Positions 20,425-30,202 are shown, counted from the stretch's first letter. The stretch: DNA of 64,000 bases from Patescibacteria group bacterium (GCA_041659905.1 JBAZXK010000002.1:128593-192592), one strand, 5' to 3'. Made by a program: numbers and translations. Notes: generated from the sequence alone by a model not told the origin.

Positions 20425-21127
20425 TCTTGCCGAATTGAGCGGGCTTGCCTCGCTGCGAAGCAGCGGGTAAGATCATTATAACAAACTCGCCTTTAGGAAG
20501 TTTGCTGGCGAAGTAGTTAATTAGTTCGTTAGTCTCCCCTATTTTGACTTCTTCAAACTTTTTAGTGAGTTCGCGAAAAGCCAGAATCTTTCTTTGGCCT
20601 AAAAATTTTTCAATATCTCTCAAGGTGCGGCCTACCCGCATCGGTGATTCATAAATTAAAATGGGCAAATCCCAGCCGCTGATCTTTTTGAAGAGAGTTT
20701 CCCGGCCTTTCTTTTTCGGGAGGAATCCCAGGAAGATAAAATTATCAGCCGATTCCCCAGCGATGCTGAGGGCAGCGGTCAGGGCAGAAGGGCCAGGGAG
20801 AGCCATGACTTCAGCACCGGCAGCGCGAGCGGCCCCTACGAGCCTCCCGGCCGGGTCTTGGATACCGGGAGTACCCGCATCAGTGATCAAGGCAATGTTT
20901 TTGCCTTCCACTAGCTGCTCCACCAGGTAATCCAGTTTATTATCTCGGCTGTGTTGGTGATATGAAATCAGCGGAGTTCCAATATTATAGTGGTTTAGTA
21001 ATTTTTTACTAGTGCGCGTATCTTCGGCTGCGATCAAGTCAACTGTCCGCAAGGTTTCTAAAGCCCGCAGAGTAATATCTCCCAGGTTCCCGATCGGTGT
21101 GGCGACCACATAAATTTTTCCCATCAT
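20414..21127 (-). CDS. rsmI: 16S rRNA (C1402-2'-O)-methyltransferase
   Basis: VATPIGNLGDIT, AAEDTR, DAGTPGI, YESP and RELTK motifs. Confidence 0.96.
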   Translation of the reverse strand: MMGKIYVVATPIGNLGDITLRALETLRTVDLIAAEDTRTSKKLLNHYNIGTPLISYHQHSRDNKLDYLVEQLVEGKNIALITDAGTPGIQDPAGRLVGAARAAGAEVMALPGPSALTAALSIAGESADNFIFLGFLPKKKGRETLFKKISGWDLPILIYESPMRVGRTLRDIEKFLGQRKILAFRELTKKFEEVKIGETNELINYFASKLPKGEFVIMILPAASQRGKPAQFGKTSR

Positions 21128-21154
21128 CTGTTAATTGAGTAAATAATTACGTAT

Positions 21155-21235
21155 CCGTCATTCTGGGGAGCCCCTGGGGCGACTCCAGAATCGTACATAT
21201 TATTTATACGATCCTGGACGATGCCAGGATGACGG
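21155..21235. repeat. GTCA-type REP-like palindrome doublet
   Basis: CCGTCATTCTGG..CCAGAATC-linker-GATCCTGG..CCAGGATGACGG; related copies at 50718 and 58226. Confidence 0.85.
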
Positions 21236-21246
21236 CCAAAAGAGTC

Positions 21247-21696
21247 TTAATATTTTTTAGAGACTAAATCTTTAAGTAATTTAGTTTGTTCCAGTATCTC
21301 TTTATCTTGTTCGTCCAAGTGAGTCAAAATATGTTCGATGTCTTTGTAGATAGATTCGGTGGTTTTGAATTCCTCCTCGGCTCTCAGTTCGGCGTGGCGG
21401 TTTTGAATATTCTGCCCCACCAGAATCAGCGGCATCAAGAGGAGTTGGATAATATTACCTATAAATAGCAAAAAGGCGAAGGGATAAGGATCAAACGGCT
21501 GATTGGCGGAATTAGTCTGCCAGAGAATCCATCCTGCCATAAACAAGGTAAAGAAATAAACCGCATACATGGTGCCTATAGCTGCTGTGATAGTTACGGC
21601 AATCCTATCGTTTAGTCCAAGCTGGTTTTTATGAATTATGTTAACGTTTTTAGGATGATGCCGTTTACTCGGCTCTCTCTGTTCAAGTGACGACAT
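21247..21696 (-). CDS. DUF1003-like membrane protein
   Basis: PFDPYPFAFL...PLILVGQN motif; GGAGG before ATG 21696. Confidence 0.85.
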   Translation of the reverse strand: MSSLEQREPSKRHHPKNVNIIHKNQLGLNDRIAVTITAAIGTMYAVYFFTLFMAGWILWQTNSANQPFDPYPFAFLLFIGNIIQLLLMPLILVGQNIQNRHAELRAEEEFKTTESIYKDIEHILTHLDEQDKEILEQTKLLKDLVSKKY

Positions 21697-21715
21697 TACT
21701 TCCTCCACAATTTAC

Positions 21716-22588
21716 TTATAATTTATCGATATTTTGATATAACTTGATCCAGTCTGGGATGGTGAGGGTTTGCGCGCGGCGCTCCGGGGCGATCCGACTT
21801 TTGGCCAAAACCTGTTTAACCTTGGCGTCGTCCAAATGCAGTCCGCCGGACAAAGAATTATGCAGTTGCTTGCGGCGCTCGCCAAAACCTGCTTTGACTA
21901 GCCGAAAAAACTTTTTTTCATCAATCTCGCCTGCCCGTGCCGGGCTTGAACGGCCAGGGGTCGGTAATTTCTGATGGGGAATAATTCTGATCACCGCTGA
22001 ATCGACTTTTGGTATTGGCCAGAAATTCTGTTTGGGGACCAGCGTGATGATTTCAGCAGTGCTATAGAATTGTACGGCAACGCTTAGGAGATTGGCGTCG
22101 GGAGGTAACGCAATCATGCGCTCGGCGACCTCCTTTTGCACCATCAATACCATCATAACAGGGCGGTATTTGCTTTCTAGAAAGAAACGAATAATTGCGG
22201 AAGTTAGATAATAAGGCAAATTGGCTACTAACTTATATTTCTTTTTCGGGAAATATTCTTTAAAGAAAGCATCGCTCAAAGCCAGCGCATTGCCTTCCAC
22301 GATCTTCATATTAGAAAGATCCGAATTGATTCCCCGGCAAGCTTTAGCCATACTGATATCTTTTTCAATAGCTACCACGCGCTGGGCGGTTTGGGCTAAA
22401 GCTCTCGTCAGGGTGCCGAGTCCCGGACCGATTTCGAGCACCTCGTCGGTATCGGTCAGGCGGGCTGCTTGCGTAATTTCTTGTAGAACCTGTGTATTAG
22501 TTAAAAAATGTTGCCCCAGCCTTTTTTGAGCCGACATATTATACTCGCGGAGAATTAGACGAATAGTATCAATATTAGTTAGGTCCAT
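21716..22588 (-). CDS. rsmA: 16S rRNA adenine dimethyltransferase, with an 11-aa palindrome-derived insert
   Basis: LGQHFL, EIGPGLG, ANLPY, QKEVAER and PKVDSAV motifs. Confidence 0.96.
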   Translation of the reverse strand: MDLTNIDTIRLILREYNMSAQKRLGQHFLTNTQVLQEITQAARLTDTDEVLEIGPGLGTLTRALAQTAQRVVAIEKDISMAKACRGINSDLSNMKIVEGNALALSDAFFKEYFPKKKYKLVANLPYYLTSAIIRFFLESKYRPVMMVLMVQKEVAERMIALPPDANLLSVAVQFYSTAEIITLVPKQNFWPIPKVDSAVIRIIPHQKLPTPGRSSPARAGEIDEKKFFRLVKAGFGERRKQLHNSLSGGLHLDDAKVKQVLAKSRIAPERRAQTLTIPDWIKLYQNIDKL

Positions 22589-22630
22589 AGGTCAGTATTT
22601 AGCGTTTAGCGTCTAGCATTTAAAATATAG

Positions 22631-22720
22631 TTCCTCCCCTCACGGAGGGGAGGTTAGGTGGGGAGTGATTAATCTTCTACTCCCACCTCCCCCTAACCCC
22701 TCCTCGGGCAGGAGGGGAAT
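22631..22720. repeat. CCCCTCC-type REP-like palindrome doublet
   Basis: CCTCCCCTC-ACG-GAGGGGAGG..GGTGGGGAG followed by the inverted unit; related to 31911, 33232 and 57793. Confidence 0.8.
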
Positions 22721-22725
22721 ATTAT

Positions 22726-23406
22726 CTAGATTTTATAGTAGCGGACATTGATAATCCCGGCACCTAAGGGAGCGAGTTTAGCAAAGGCGGTATGATTCAA
22801 ATCCAGCGACATACCCGTCCAATCCTCCGGGCCAAAGTCGTTTACCACGACATCCACGGATTTGCCGGATTTGATGGCAATGACGTGCACCTTGGTGCCC
22901 CGGGGAAATTCTCGGCTAGCAGTATTCATGCCGTTGCCGAAGACATACCAACTGGCGTAGCCTTCCCGAACCGGTGATTTAGGAACTTTTAGGGCCTCTT
23001 CTTGTTTCTTAATATCAGCCGCAACCTTGTCTATAGTGGCTTGCATGTTAGCAGCCACAATAGAATTTCTGTCAGTCGGCTTAGTAGTGACGGTAACTAA
23101 AGTTGCGGCAGTCAGCCGACTCTCTGGCCGGGGGGTGACAGCGACGATCGGCTCTTGGATGTTGAGTTCGGCAATTAAATCCCCTACCTCAGTCGCCTTG
23201 GTAGTATAAATGTCAGTTAAACCATTAATCGAAACAGTCACGGCTTTGATAGTCTTGATAGTGGCATTTCCTAACTGGCCCAGACCGAAGATAAGAAAAA
23301 TCAATAGCCCTAAAGTTATAGCGGTGGCAAAAGATTTCTTTCTAGTTTCGGGGGCGAGATGAGGATAATTTAAATCCGTCAACCTGTGCCTAAAGAGTTT
23401 GCTCAC
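22726..23406 (-). CDS. Membrane-anchored protein with C-terminal RlpA-like double-psi beta-barrel
   Basis: GYASWY, TASREFPRGT, VNDFGP and LDLNHTAFAKLA motifs; upstream of rsmA like yabE/rpfB. Confidence 0.8.
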   Translation of the reverse strand: MSKLFRHRLTDLNYPHLAPETRKKSFATAITLGLLIFLIFGLGQLGNATIKTIKAVTVSINGLTDIYTTKATEVGDLIAELNIQEPIVAVTPRPESRLTAATLVTVTTKPTDRNSIVAANMQATIDKVAADIKKQEEALKVPKSPVREGYASWYVFGNGMNTASREFPRGTKVHVIAIKSGKSVDVVVNDFGPEDWTGMSLDLNHTAFAKLAPLGAGIINVRYYKI

Positions 23407-23429
23407 AGTTACATTATACTGTAAAAGCT

Positions 23430-25559
23430 TTAGAGGGAGGCTGAGGTGGGAGCAACTATTTTTTTGATCGGAGCCAAATTGCGCGCCAATCGTTTGATAC
23501 CGAATTGTTGGAAGGCGGCGATTACTTCCAATTTATCTACGGTAATCACTTTACCGGGACCGAAATGCTTATGTTCGATCCAATCCCCAGGTTTAACCTT
23601 GAGGGCTGGGGAAACTTCTTCAATGGTAGTAGTGGTATGAGACATTTCGTTGCCGTCAACTTTTAACTCTTCTGGTATATCATCAATAAACCGAGATGGC
23701 AAACTGGGGGTAAAAGTGCCGAAGATCAGACGCTGGACCGTATAGATTAAATAAAGCTTTTTCTTGGCTCGGGTCATCCCGACATAACACAAGCGACGTT
23801 CTTCTTCTAATTCCTCTTCGTCTAGGATACTGCGGGAATGCGGAAACAGGTTTTCTTCCATTCCGGCAATAAACACATAATCAAATTCCAATCCTTTAGC
23901 CGAGTGCAAAGTCATTAAACTAACAGCGTTTTCGTCTGCATCATATCTATCAATATCTTGGATCAAACTGACTTCTTCCAAAAAGAGTGGTAAAGCGATT
24001 TTGATATCTAGAATATCATATTTTTCGATGACGCTCTTAAGTTCCCGGACGTTTTCAATGCGAGTTTCACCTTCAATAGTTTTATCATTAAGCCAAACCA
24101 AATAGCCAGTTTTTTCTAAGAGATAATCGAACAATTTAGAAAGCACTCGTTTACCCGACCTGGCTTCGGTAAATACTTGTCCCAGTTTTCGGAGTTCGGC
24201 TTGGGCTTTAGCTCCTACCGGCACATCTAACAGAATTTCGCTGGTCGGCTGATTGTGCACTGTGGCGTATTTGACTAGTTCTTCCCAGGTTTTCTCCCCT
24301 ACTCCCCGGGGCGGCAAATTGATGATTCGCTTTAAACTCAAATCATCCTGCGGGTTATTAATTACTTTCATAAACGCCAGCACATCTTTAATTTCTTTGC
24401 GATCGTAGAACCGAGTACCGCCGATGATCCGGTATGGGATGTTTTGTTGCAGAAAAGCTTCTTCTAAAGCGCGGGACTGGGCGTTGGTGCGATACAAAAT
24501 CACAAAATCATTAAAGTCGAGTTTAGGGTCAGCCGATTTGCGCTGGAGAATTTCTTGGATGATGTATTTTCCCTCCATCTCTTCGTTAAAGACTTGTTTG
24601 ATAGTGATCGGCTCGCCTTCGCCGTTTTTGGTCCAGAGTTCTTTTTCGCTCCGATTTTTGTTGGCGGAAATGACAGCTGCCGCGCTATTTAGGAGATTTT
24701 GGGTAGAACGGTAGTTTTCTTCCAGTTTAATGGTTTTGGCTTTTGGGTAATCTTTGTGGAAATTCAAGATATTGCGGTAATTCGCCCCCCGCCAACTGTA
24801 AATCGATTGCCAATCGTCGCCTACCACAAACAGATTCTTATGTTTTTCGGCCAACAACTTGGTTAATTGGTATTGGGCGGTGTTGGTATCTTGATACTCG
24901 TCCACCATAATATATTTAAATTTGGTTTGGTATTTCTTCAAAACATCCGGATTATTGCGGAATAAAACTACTGTTTGCATCAAGAGGTCGTCAAAATCCA
25001 AGCTGTTGTTGGCGAGGATAATTTCTTGGTAGCGGGGGTAAACTTTAGCCACTACTTTTTGAAAGTAGCCATACGCCATTTCGGGATATTCTTCGGCATT
25101 GATCAGTTCGCTTTTGGCGGAAGAGATGTAATTTAATACCGCGCCGGGGGCGAATTTCTGGGTGTCCACATTTAAGTCGTTCATGGCCTGTTTTACCGCT
25201 GTGGTTTGTTCGTCAGTGTCTAAAATAGTGAAATTTTGATTGCGGCCGATGTGTTGAATGTCGGCCCGCAAAATCCGCGAACAGAGCGAATGGAAGGTAC
25301 TGATATGAAAAGCTTTATCGGATTTTAACTTCAGCAGATGCATGATCCGTTGTTTCATCTCGCCGGCCGCCTTGTTGGTAAAGGTGACGGCCAAGATCTC
25401 GCTGGGGGTAGCTTTTTTGGTTTGCACCAAATAAGCCACCCGGGATGTGAGGGTTTTGGTTTTGCCGCTCCCGGCTCCCGCCAAGATCAGCACCGGCCCT
25501 TCCGTGGCCTGCACCGCTTTAATCTGCTCCGGGTTCAACTTGTCTAATAAATCTGTCAT
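23430..25559 (-). CDS. pcrA: UvrD/PcrA DNA helicase
   Basis: AGAGSGKT, VDEYQDTN, GDDWQSIY and TLHSAKGLEF motifs; the upstream ATG at 25574 lies in a REP, so 25559 is preferred. Confidence 0.96.
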   Translation of the reverse strand: MTDLLDKLNPEQIKAVQATEGPVLILAGAGSGKTKTLTSRVAYLVQTKKATPSEILAVTFTNKAAGEMKQRIMHLLKLKSDKAFHISTFHSLCSRILRADIQHIGRNQNFTILDTDEQTTAVKQAMNDLNVDTQKFAPGAVLNYISSAKSELINAEEYPEMAYGYFQKVVAKVYPRYQEIILANNSLDFDDLLMQTVVLFRNNPDVLKKYQTKFKYIMVDEYQDTNTAQYQLTKLLAEKHKNLFVVGDDWQSIYSWRGANYRNILNFHKDYPKAKTIKLEENYRSTQNLLNSAAAVISANKNRSEKELWTKNGEGEPITIKQVFNEEMEGKYIIQEILQRKSADPKLDFNDFVILYRTNAQSRALEEAFLQQNIPYRIIGGTRFYDRKEIKDVLAFMKVINNPQDDLSLKRIINLPPRGVGEKTWEELVKYATVHNQPTSEILLDVPVGAKAQAELRKLGQVFTEARSGKRVLSKLFDYLLEKTGYLVWLNDKTIEGETRIENVRELKSVIEKYDILDIKIALPLFLEEVSLIQDIDRYDADENAVSLMTLHSAKGLEFDYVFIAGMEENLFPHSRSILDEEELEEERRLCYVGMTRAKKKLYLIYTVQRLIFGTFTPSLPSRFIDDIPEELKVDGNEMSHTTTTIEEVSPALKVKPGDWIEHKHFGPGKVITVDKLEVIAAFQQFGIKRLARNLAPIKKIVAPTSASL

Positions 25560-25568
25560 ACAACCTTG

Positions 25569-25596
25569 TGTCATCCCGAGCGTAGTCGAGGGATCT
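25569..25596. repeat. GTCA-type REP-like singlet
   Basis: TGTCATCCCGAGCGTAGTCGAGGGATCT. Confidence 0.7.
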
Positions 25597-25670
25597 TATA
25601 TATTACTCATATTAACTTATCCTATTATCCCACAACAAAAAACCCACCTCTCGGTGGGCTGATATTTTCC

Positions 25671-26333
25671 CTAGCGACCTAGAGAGTTGCGAACAAATTT
25701 CTGTGCAAGTTTCTCCCCTTCTCGCACGAGATTTTGCACAGTTTCTGATCTGAAGCTGCAATTTGGCCAATTCATAGGATCAGCACTATCCAAACCTCCT
25801 TCTTTGGCAGCCGCTTCTATCAGGGAGTTGACTGTATCAACAAGCTGTTGTCCGGTCTGAGCATCAGCAAAGGGAAGATTTCCCATTATCTTTCGAGCGG
25901 TCGATGCGTACCAATACAATCGGGCAATAGTCGCGGACGAGATAGTTGTTGGATTACCGACCATGTCCCTTTCCTGCCAAGAACTTCCTACCTTTTTTAC
26001 ATCAATCACTCCAGCGATTTCTTTCATAATCTGAGCGAAAGGTTCGAAGTCTGATTCCTCAGTCAATGCGAAACGTCTAACCAATGCTGTCGAATAATCT
26101 GTGAATGTTCCACTTTCGGCAAAGCAACCAGACATATATAAGTTGCCCTTCAGTTTGCCTTGGACAGCTTCATTGATTTTTTCATTATCCATAAGAACAG
26201 AGAAATGTTCCATTTCGACGATTACGTCATACTTTGCGAGCTCCTCTTTCTTTTCTGTTGGTATGACTGATGGTTCTACGACGTTTTGTTTCTTTCCCTT
26301 AAACTTCTCGATCAATCTCAGGAAGATATTCAT
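25671..26333 (-). CDS. Hypothetical protein
   Basis: 220-aa ORF with AAGGAG RBS; third gene of the TrmB-divergent operon. Confidence 0.75.
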   Translation of the reverse strand: MNIFLRLIEKFKGKKQNVVEPSVIPTEKKEELAKYDVIVEMEHFSVLMDNEKINEAVQGKLKGNLYMSGCFAESGTFTDYSTALVRRFALTEESDFEPFAQIMKEIAGVIDVKKVGSSWQERDMVGNPTTISSATIARLYWYASTARKIMGNLPFADAQTGQQLVDTVNSLIEAAAKEGGLDSADPMNWPNCSFRSETVQNLVREGEKLAQKFVRNSLGR

Positions 26334-26360
26334 GGCTTTTGCTCCTTATTTCATTCGAGA

Positions 26361-26663
26361 TTAGCCCGCCACTTTCGTGGCGGGTTCCAGAGACCATTTA
26401 ACACAACGCCGACGGTCATTTTTATTAGTCAGAATTGTGAATGCTTTTCTTTGCTGCAATAGGGTCGTTGCAAAAGGTTCGATGACATCAGTTTTTATAA
26501 TGATTGGATCTGGCCACTCAATGTCTCCAACAGTTTCATCGCAGCGCTCCCCTGTAATAACAAGCTCACCAAAACTGATCTGGAACTTTTCATTCTTCTT
26601 AACGAAACAATTTCCGCCACTAATGAGCTTGACCAATTCGTCAAAGGTATTTACGTGTCGCAT
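26361..26663 (-). CDS. Hypothetical protein
   Basis: GGAGG RBS before ATG 26663 (MRHVNTF...), overlapping the upstream stop. Confidence 0.65.
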   Translation of the reverse strand: MRHVNTFDELVKLISGGNCFVKKNEKFQISFGELVITGERCDETVGDIEWPDPIIIKTDVIEPFATTLLQQRKAFTILTNKNDRRRCVKWSLEPATKVAG

Positions 26664-27208
26664 TGTGTCGCCTCCTTGGCCTTGGATGGGGTAACAAGAT
26701 AGACAATGTATTTTGTGGCATCGTAGCCGACGGTGTAGAAGAGGAAGATCCAGAACACTCGCCAATCACCGCTGAATCCGCTATATATCACAGCTGGAAC
26801 TGGATAGTACAACATACCTTCATACAGGTTTCTGACAAACCTATTTGGCGCTTTGCCTCGCCATCGATCTTTGATTGAGCCGAACAGAACAAATACCAGG
26901 TAGAATGTCAGAAGCAAACCAATTTCTGGCTTAGCGACTGCTAAGAAAGTGATTATGATCATGGTTGTGGCGATTTGGTGATTTAGGTAGTCTAGTCTGC
27001 CTCTCACCAAGAACGCTAGGTTCATGGCCAACATAATGTTGGCTGTAGCTGGCCCTCCTAGCATAACTAATGCGGCTCCCATAATTCCCCAGACAATGCC
27101 GAACAGAATATCGGCTCCGGAGAACCAATAGAAACCATGTTCGTTATGGAGATCAGCAATTTTCATACTGATTCCATAGCCGATGGCAATCAGCAATAAT
27201 AGCCCCAT
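26651..27208 (-). CDS. Multi-pass membrane protein of unknown function
   Basis: About 6 hydrophobic segments, KIADLHNEHG and RLDYLNH motifs, AAGGAG RBS. Confidence 0.8.
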   Translation of the reverse strand: MGLLLLIAIGYGISMKIADLHNEHGFYWFSGADILFGIVWGIMGAALVMLGGPATANIMLAMNLAFLVRGRLDYLNHQIATTMIIITFLAVAKPEIGLLLTFYLVFVLFGSIKDRWRGKAPNRFVRNLYEGMLYYPVPAVIYSGFSGDWRVFWIFLFYTVGYDATKYIVYLVTPSKAKEATQCDT

Positions 27209-27265
27209 GGTTATTCTCCTTATTTTTTCGTTTTTCTGTTTTCAAGATTGCAATTTTCTGCTTCC

Positions 27266-27395
27266 AGACTACATTATTTGTAGATTTGTGTCAATAAGTT
27301 CGGACAATTAGAAAACTGTTTTACGGTCATTTATAATCTGATATTGCTATATAAAACCAGATATGCTATAATATTTGTTGGTACGAATGAACAAA
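27266..27395. promoter_or_regulatory. Divergent promoter pair with two TGT-N12-ACA boxes (TrmB module 1)
   Basis: Minus TTGACA-17-TAGTCT (27294-27266); plus TTGCTA-17-TATAAT (27344-27372); boxes at 27289-27306 and 27376-27393. Confidence 0.7.
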
Positions 27396-27410
27396 ATTTA
27401 AGATTTTGAA

Positions 27411-28184
27411 ATGGCTAAGACAATCGAAAGATTATTAGGAGAAATCGGGCTGAGCGCCAAGGAACAGGCGGTTTACCGAGCAGTAGTTGAACTGGGTGAT
27501 GCGCCAGTGTCCCCGATCGCCAAAAGAGCTCGCATTAATCGAGCAACAGCTTATAGTATTTTGGATCATTTGATCGGAAAAGGATTAGTTGCTAAATCCG
27601 AGCAGAAGAAAAAACTGCATTATTCGGCTAAGGGTACCGGTGAACTTGAAGAATATCTGATGTCCCAAAAGGCTAACTGGGATGGCATCATCCATACCTT
27701 TCATCATTTAAAACCTGAACTGGAAGCATTGTTAGGCAGCGCGGGAGTAAAGCCGACGGTAAGATTCTTTGAAGGGAAGTTAGGAGTAAAAGAAGTTTTT
27801 TTTGATCAGATTCGCGGTGATCATAAAGAAATCTTAGCCTATGGTTCGGCGGGCAAATTAGAGGAACTAATGGGGAGTGATTATTTAAAGATGTTTACTA
27901 AACAAAAATCTAAAACCAATATCGTTACCAGAGCGATTTTGCCGGACGAACCCATTTCGCGAGAATATGTCAAAAAATATTATCCTGAAAAAGGCAAACA
28001 GCTATTCGATATTAAAGTTGTGTCTCCCGATGAATTCCCGATGGAGATGGAAATGAACATTTATGGTAATAAAGTTTCCATGATCTCGCTTAACCCTGCC
28101 GAGCCGGTTGCGGTTATTATCGAAAGCCCTGCTCTAGTTCGCAATCAACGTATCATCTTTAATCTTCTTTGGAAGCGATTATAA
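27411..28184 (+). CDS. TrmB-family transcriptional regulator
   Basis: IGLSAKEQAVY wHTH, INRATAYSIL, VRFFEG and IYGNKV..IIES effector-domain motifs. Confidence 0.9.
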   Translation: MAKTIERLLGEIGLSAKEQAVYRAVVELGDAPVSPIAKRARINRATAYSILDHLIGKGLVAKSEQKKKLHYSAKGTGELEEYLMSQKANWDGIIHTFHHLKPELEALLGSAGVKPTVRFFEGKLGVKEVFFDQIRGDHKEILAYGSAGKLEELMGSDYLKMFTKQKSKTNIVTRAILPDEPISREYVKKYYPEKGKQLFDIKVVSPDEFPMEMEMNIYGNKVSMISLNPAEPVAVIIESPALVRNQRIIFNLLWKRL

Positions 28185-28205
28185 TAGCCAAACTTTTTAG
28201 CAAGT

Positions 28206-28239
28206 TAAAACCCCTGTCAGAGATCTGGCAGGGGTTTTA
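28206..28239. terminator. Bidirectional terminator hairpin
   Basis: TAAAACCCCTGTCAG..CTGGCAGGGGTTTTA between convergent genes. Confidence 0.75.
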
Positions 28240-28289
28240 GTTCTTAAAGATGAAAGAACTTTCCTAGATTGTTTTATACCATCAAAGCT

Positions 28290-28634
28290 CTATAGAAACC
28301 TTACAAACTTATTATTTTTATCAACTAATACATTCTTAGCTTTGATTAATTTATTAGTCAATTCAAAACCCATAATAATAATTTCATCGCCAGTTTTTAT
28401 CAGAAGGGCGGCTGCTCCATTCATGCAAATAGTACCCGAACCTTTTGCTCCAACAATTACATAAGTTTCTAGTCGCGCACCGTTGGTGTTGTCTACAACG
28501 AGAACTTTTTCGCCTGGCCAAAAACCGGCTTTAATGATCAAATCCTTGTCTATAGTAATACTGCCAATATAGTTTATATTGGCTTCTGTTACAGTTGCTT
28601 TATGAATTTTTGATCTCATTAAATATCTCATCAT
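28290..28634 (-). CDS. panD: Aspartate 1-decarboxylase (pyruvoyl)
   Basis: [17 protein letters not shown] (G/S cleavage site), NGARLETY and NGAAA motifs. Confidence 0.95.
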   Translation of the reverse strand: MMRYLMRSKIHKATVTEANINYIGSITIDKDLIIKAGFWPGEKVLVVDNTNGARLETYVIVGAKGSGTICMNGAAALLIKTGDEIIIMGFELTNKLIKAKNVLVDKNNKFVRFL

Positions 28635-28707
28635 TTTTTCTAATAAAAACTAAATAAGAGTATTAAGAAAGTAGAGGAGACTCCCTAAGAAGTCTCCATT
28701 TAATCAA

Positions 28708-30153
28708 TCATTTGGGCCATTCTCTATTGGAGAACCAGAGTTCTCCTCGATCTCCATTGATGTGCCGTATAGCCGAGAAGAATAAGTCGCTCACCTCTTG
28801 AAAGGTGAAATTTCTTGAGTTCAACTGAGGGATGTTTATGGAATACCTACTCCAGTTTTGCCATCCCCCATGTAGTTCAATACCGCTTTCCGGCCTGATG
28901 CGGTATTCTCCCCCGCCTATTGATTCCATTATTTCGTGGAACCTTCTTGTCCCTGGGAGCAACGAAAAGCAATAAACCACATGGAAATCTGAGAGTCCCT
29001 CATCTCGTAAGTTCTTTGCGAACTTAATTTGATTCTCCATTCCCAGGATGGTTTGCTCAGGAAAACCCATAATATGAGAGGTGTACACCCAGAGTCCTCT
29101 CTTTTTAGCTGCCCCCAGGATGCTTCTATAGTGAGACATCAGCTGCTCGGGAATTTGGTCGGTTGTCTTTCCTCGCAGATTAATTGGGATAAACAATGTC
29201 CGGCAGTTAGTATCTGCCATGTAGTCGATAAGTTCGGGTGTCAGGTTCTCTAACTCAAGTCCACCATTGTTCTCCCAAGACAGACCATGCTTTTTAAACA
29301 GCCGCATTACTTTTATTGCCCAGTCCCCTCCTCGGGAAAAGTTGTCGTCCTGAACAATGACATGGCTGTAACCATTTTCTCTCAACAGCCTAAGGTGATT
29401 TGAAATCCAGGAAAGGCTGTGTTTCCTAAATTTTTGTCCCCACATCCAAGGAGTGCAACAAAATCCGCATTTATTTGGACATCCTCTACTCAAGATAACA
29501 TCCAAATATTTTTCTCCGTGTGCAGACCCTGCGTAAGTTGGGCTTGGAGTAAGAGGGATCTGCTGAATCAGTTCAAGATCCAAAGACCCCAAGCAGTCCA
29601 AATCTTCTACAAGATCTTCTGGCGGATTAATGCAAAATTTGTTGTTTCTATCCAGATAGGCCACGCTTCCTGACTGCTGGATTATAGAAGGGTTGTCCAG
29701 GTTTGCAACGATATTCCCCATTACAACCTCTCCTTCACCAGTTACTACATAATCAATCAGGCTATCCCTTAAGGTTTTCTCAGGAAGCGCTGAAGCATGA
29801 GCTCCACCACAAACCAGAGGTATATTGGGGAAATACTGCTTCAATAGTTTTGCAGTTGTGAGAAATCCCGTGTACCCCACAGTGGCCAGTAAGGTTATGC
29901 CAATGACATCTGGCTTGAAATCAGATATCCTTTGGGTAATTTCCTTGTCTGGCAATCCATACTCCAACGTTTCCGAGGTAGTCTTTCGGAGGGTGCCCCA
30001 GCCCTCTAGGGCTGAATCAATTACTTGGACTTCGTGATGCCCTAAGTTTTTTAAAGCTGATCCGAGGTACCAAGTCCCCAGATTCAGCGCAGACTTTTTC
30101 AGATCTGCTCTGTTAGTGATCAATGGGGGGATTACCAGAATTACTCGTTTCAT
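28708..30153 (-). CDS. B12-binding-domain radical SAM protein
   Basis: GGAHAS and GEGE in the N-terminal domain; SRGCPNKCGFC (CX3CX2C), DDNF and IMGFPEQT. Confidence 0.9.
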   Translation of the reverse strand: MKRVILVIPPLITNRADLKKSALNLGTWYLGSALKNLGHHEVQVIDSALEGWGTLRKTTSETLEYGLPDKEITQRISDFKPDVIGITLLATVGYTGFLTTAKLLKQYFPNIPLVCGGAHASALPEKTLRDSLIDYVVTGEGEVVMGNIVANLDNPSIIQQSGSVAYLDRNNKFCINPPEDLVEDLDCLGSLDLELIQQIPLTPSPTYAGSAHGEKYLDVILSRGCPNKCGFCCTPWMWGQKFRKHSLSWISNHLRLLRENGYSHVIVQDDNFSRGGDWAIKVMRLFKKHGLSWENNGGLELENLTPELIDYMADTNCRTLFIPINLRGKTTDQIPEQLMSHYRSILGAAKKRGLWVYTSHIMGFPEQTILGMENQIKFAKNLRDEGLSDFHVVYCFSLLPGTRRFHEIMESIGGGEYRIRPESGIELHGGWQNWSRYSINIPQLNSRNFTFQEVSDLFFSAIRHINGDRGELWFSNREWPK

Positions 30154-30202
30154 GGTTACTCTCCTTTTTCAAGCTACATTGATTTTGCGCTCTGATGGCT
30201 CA

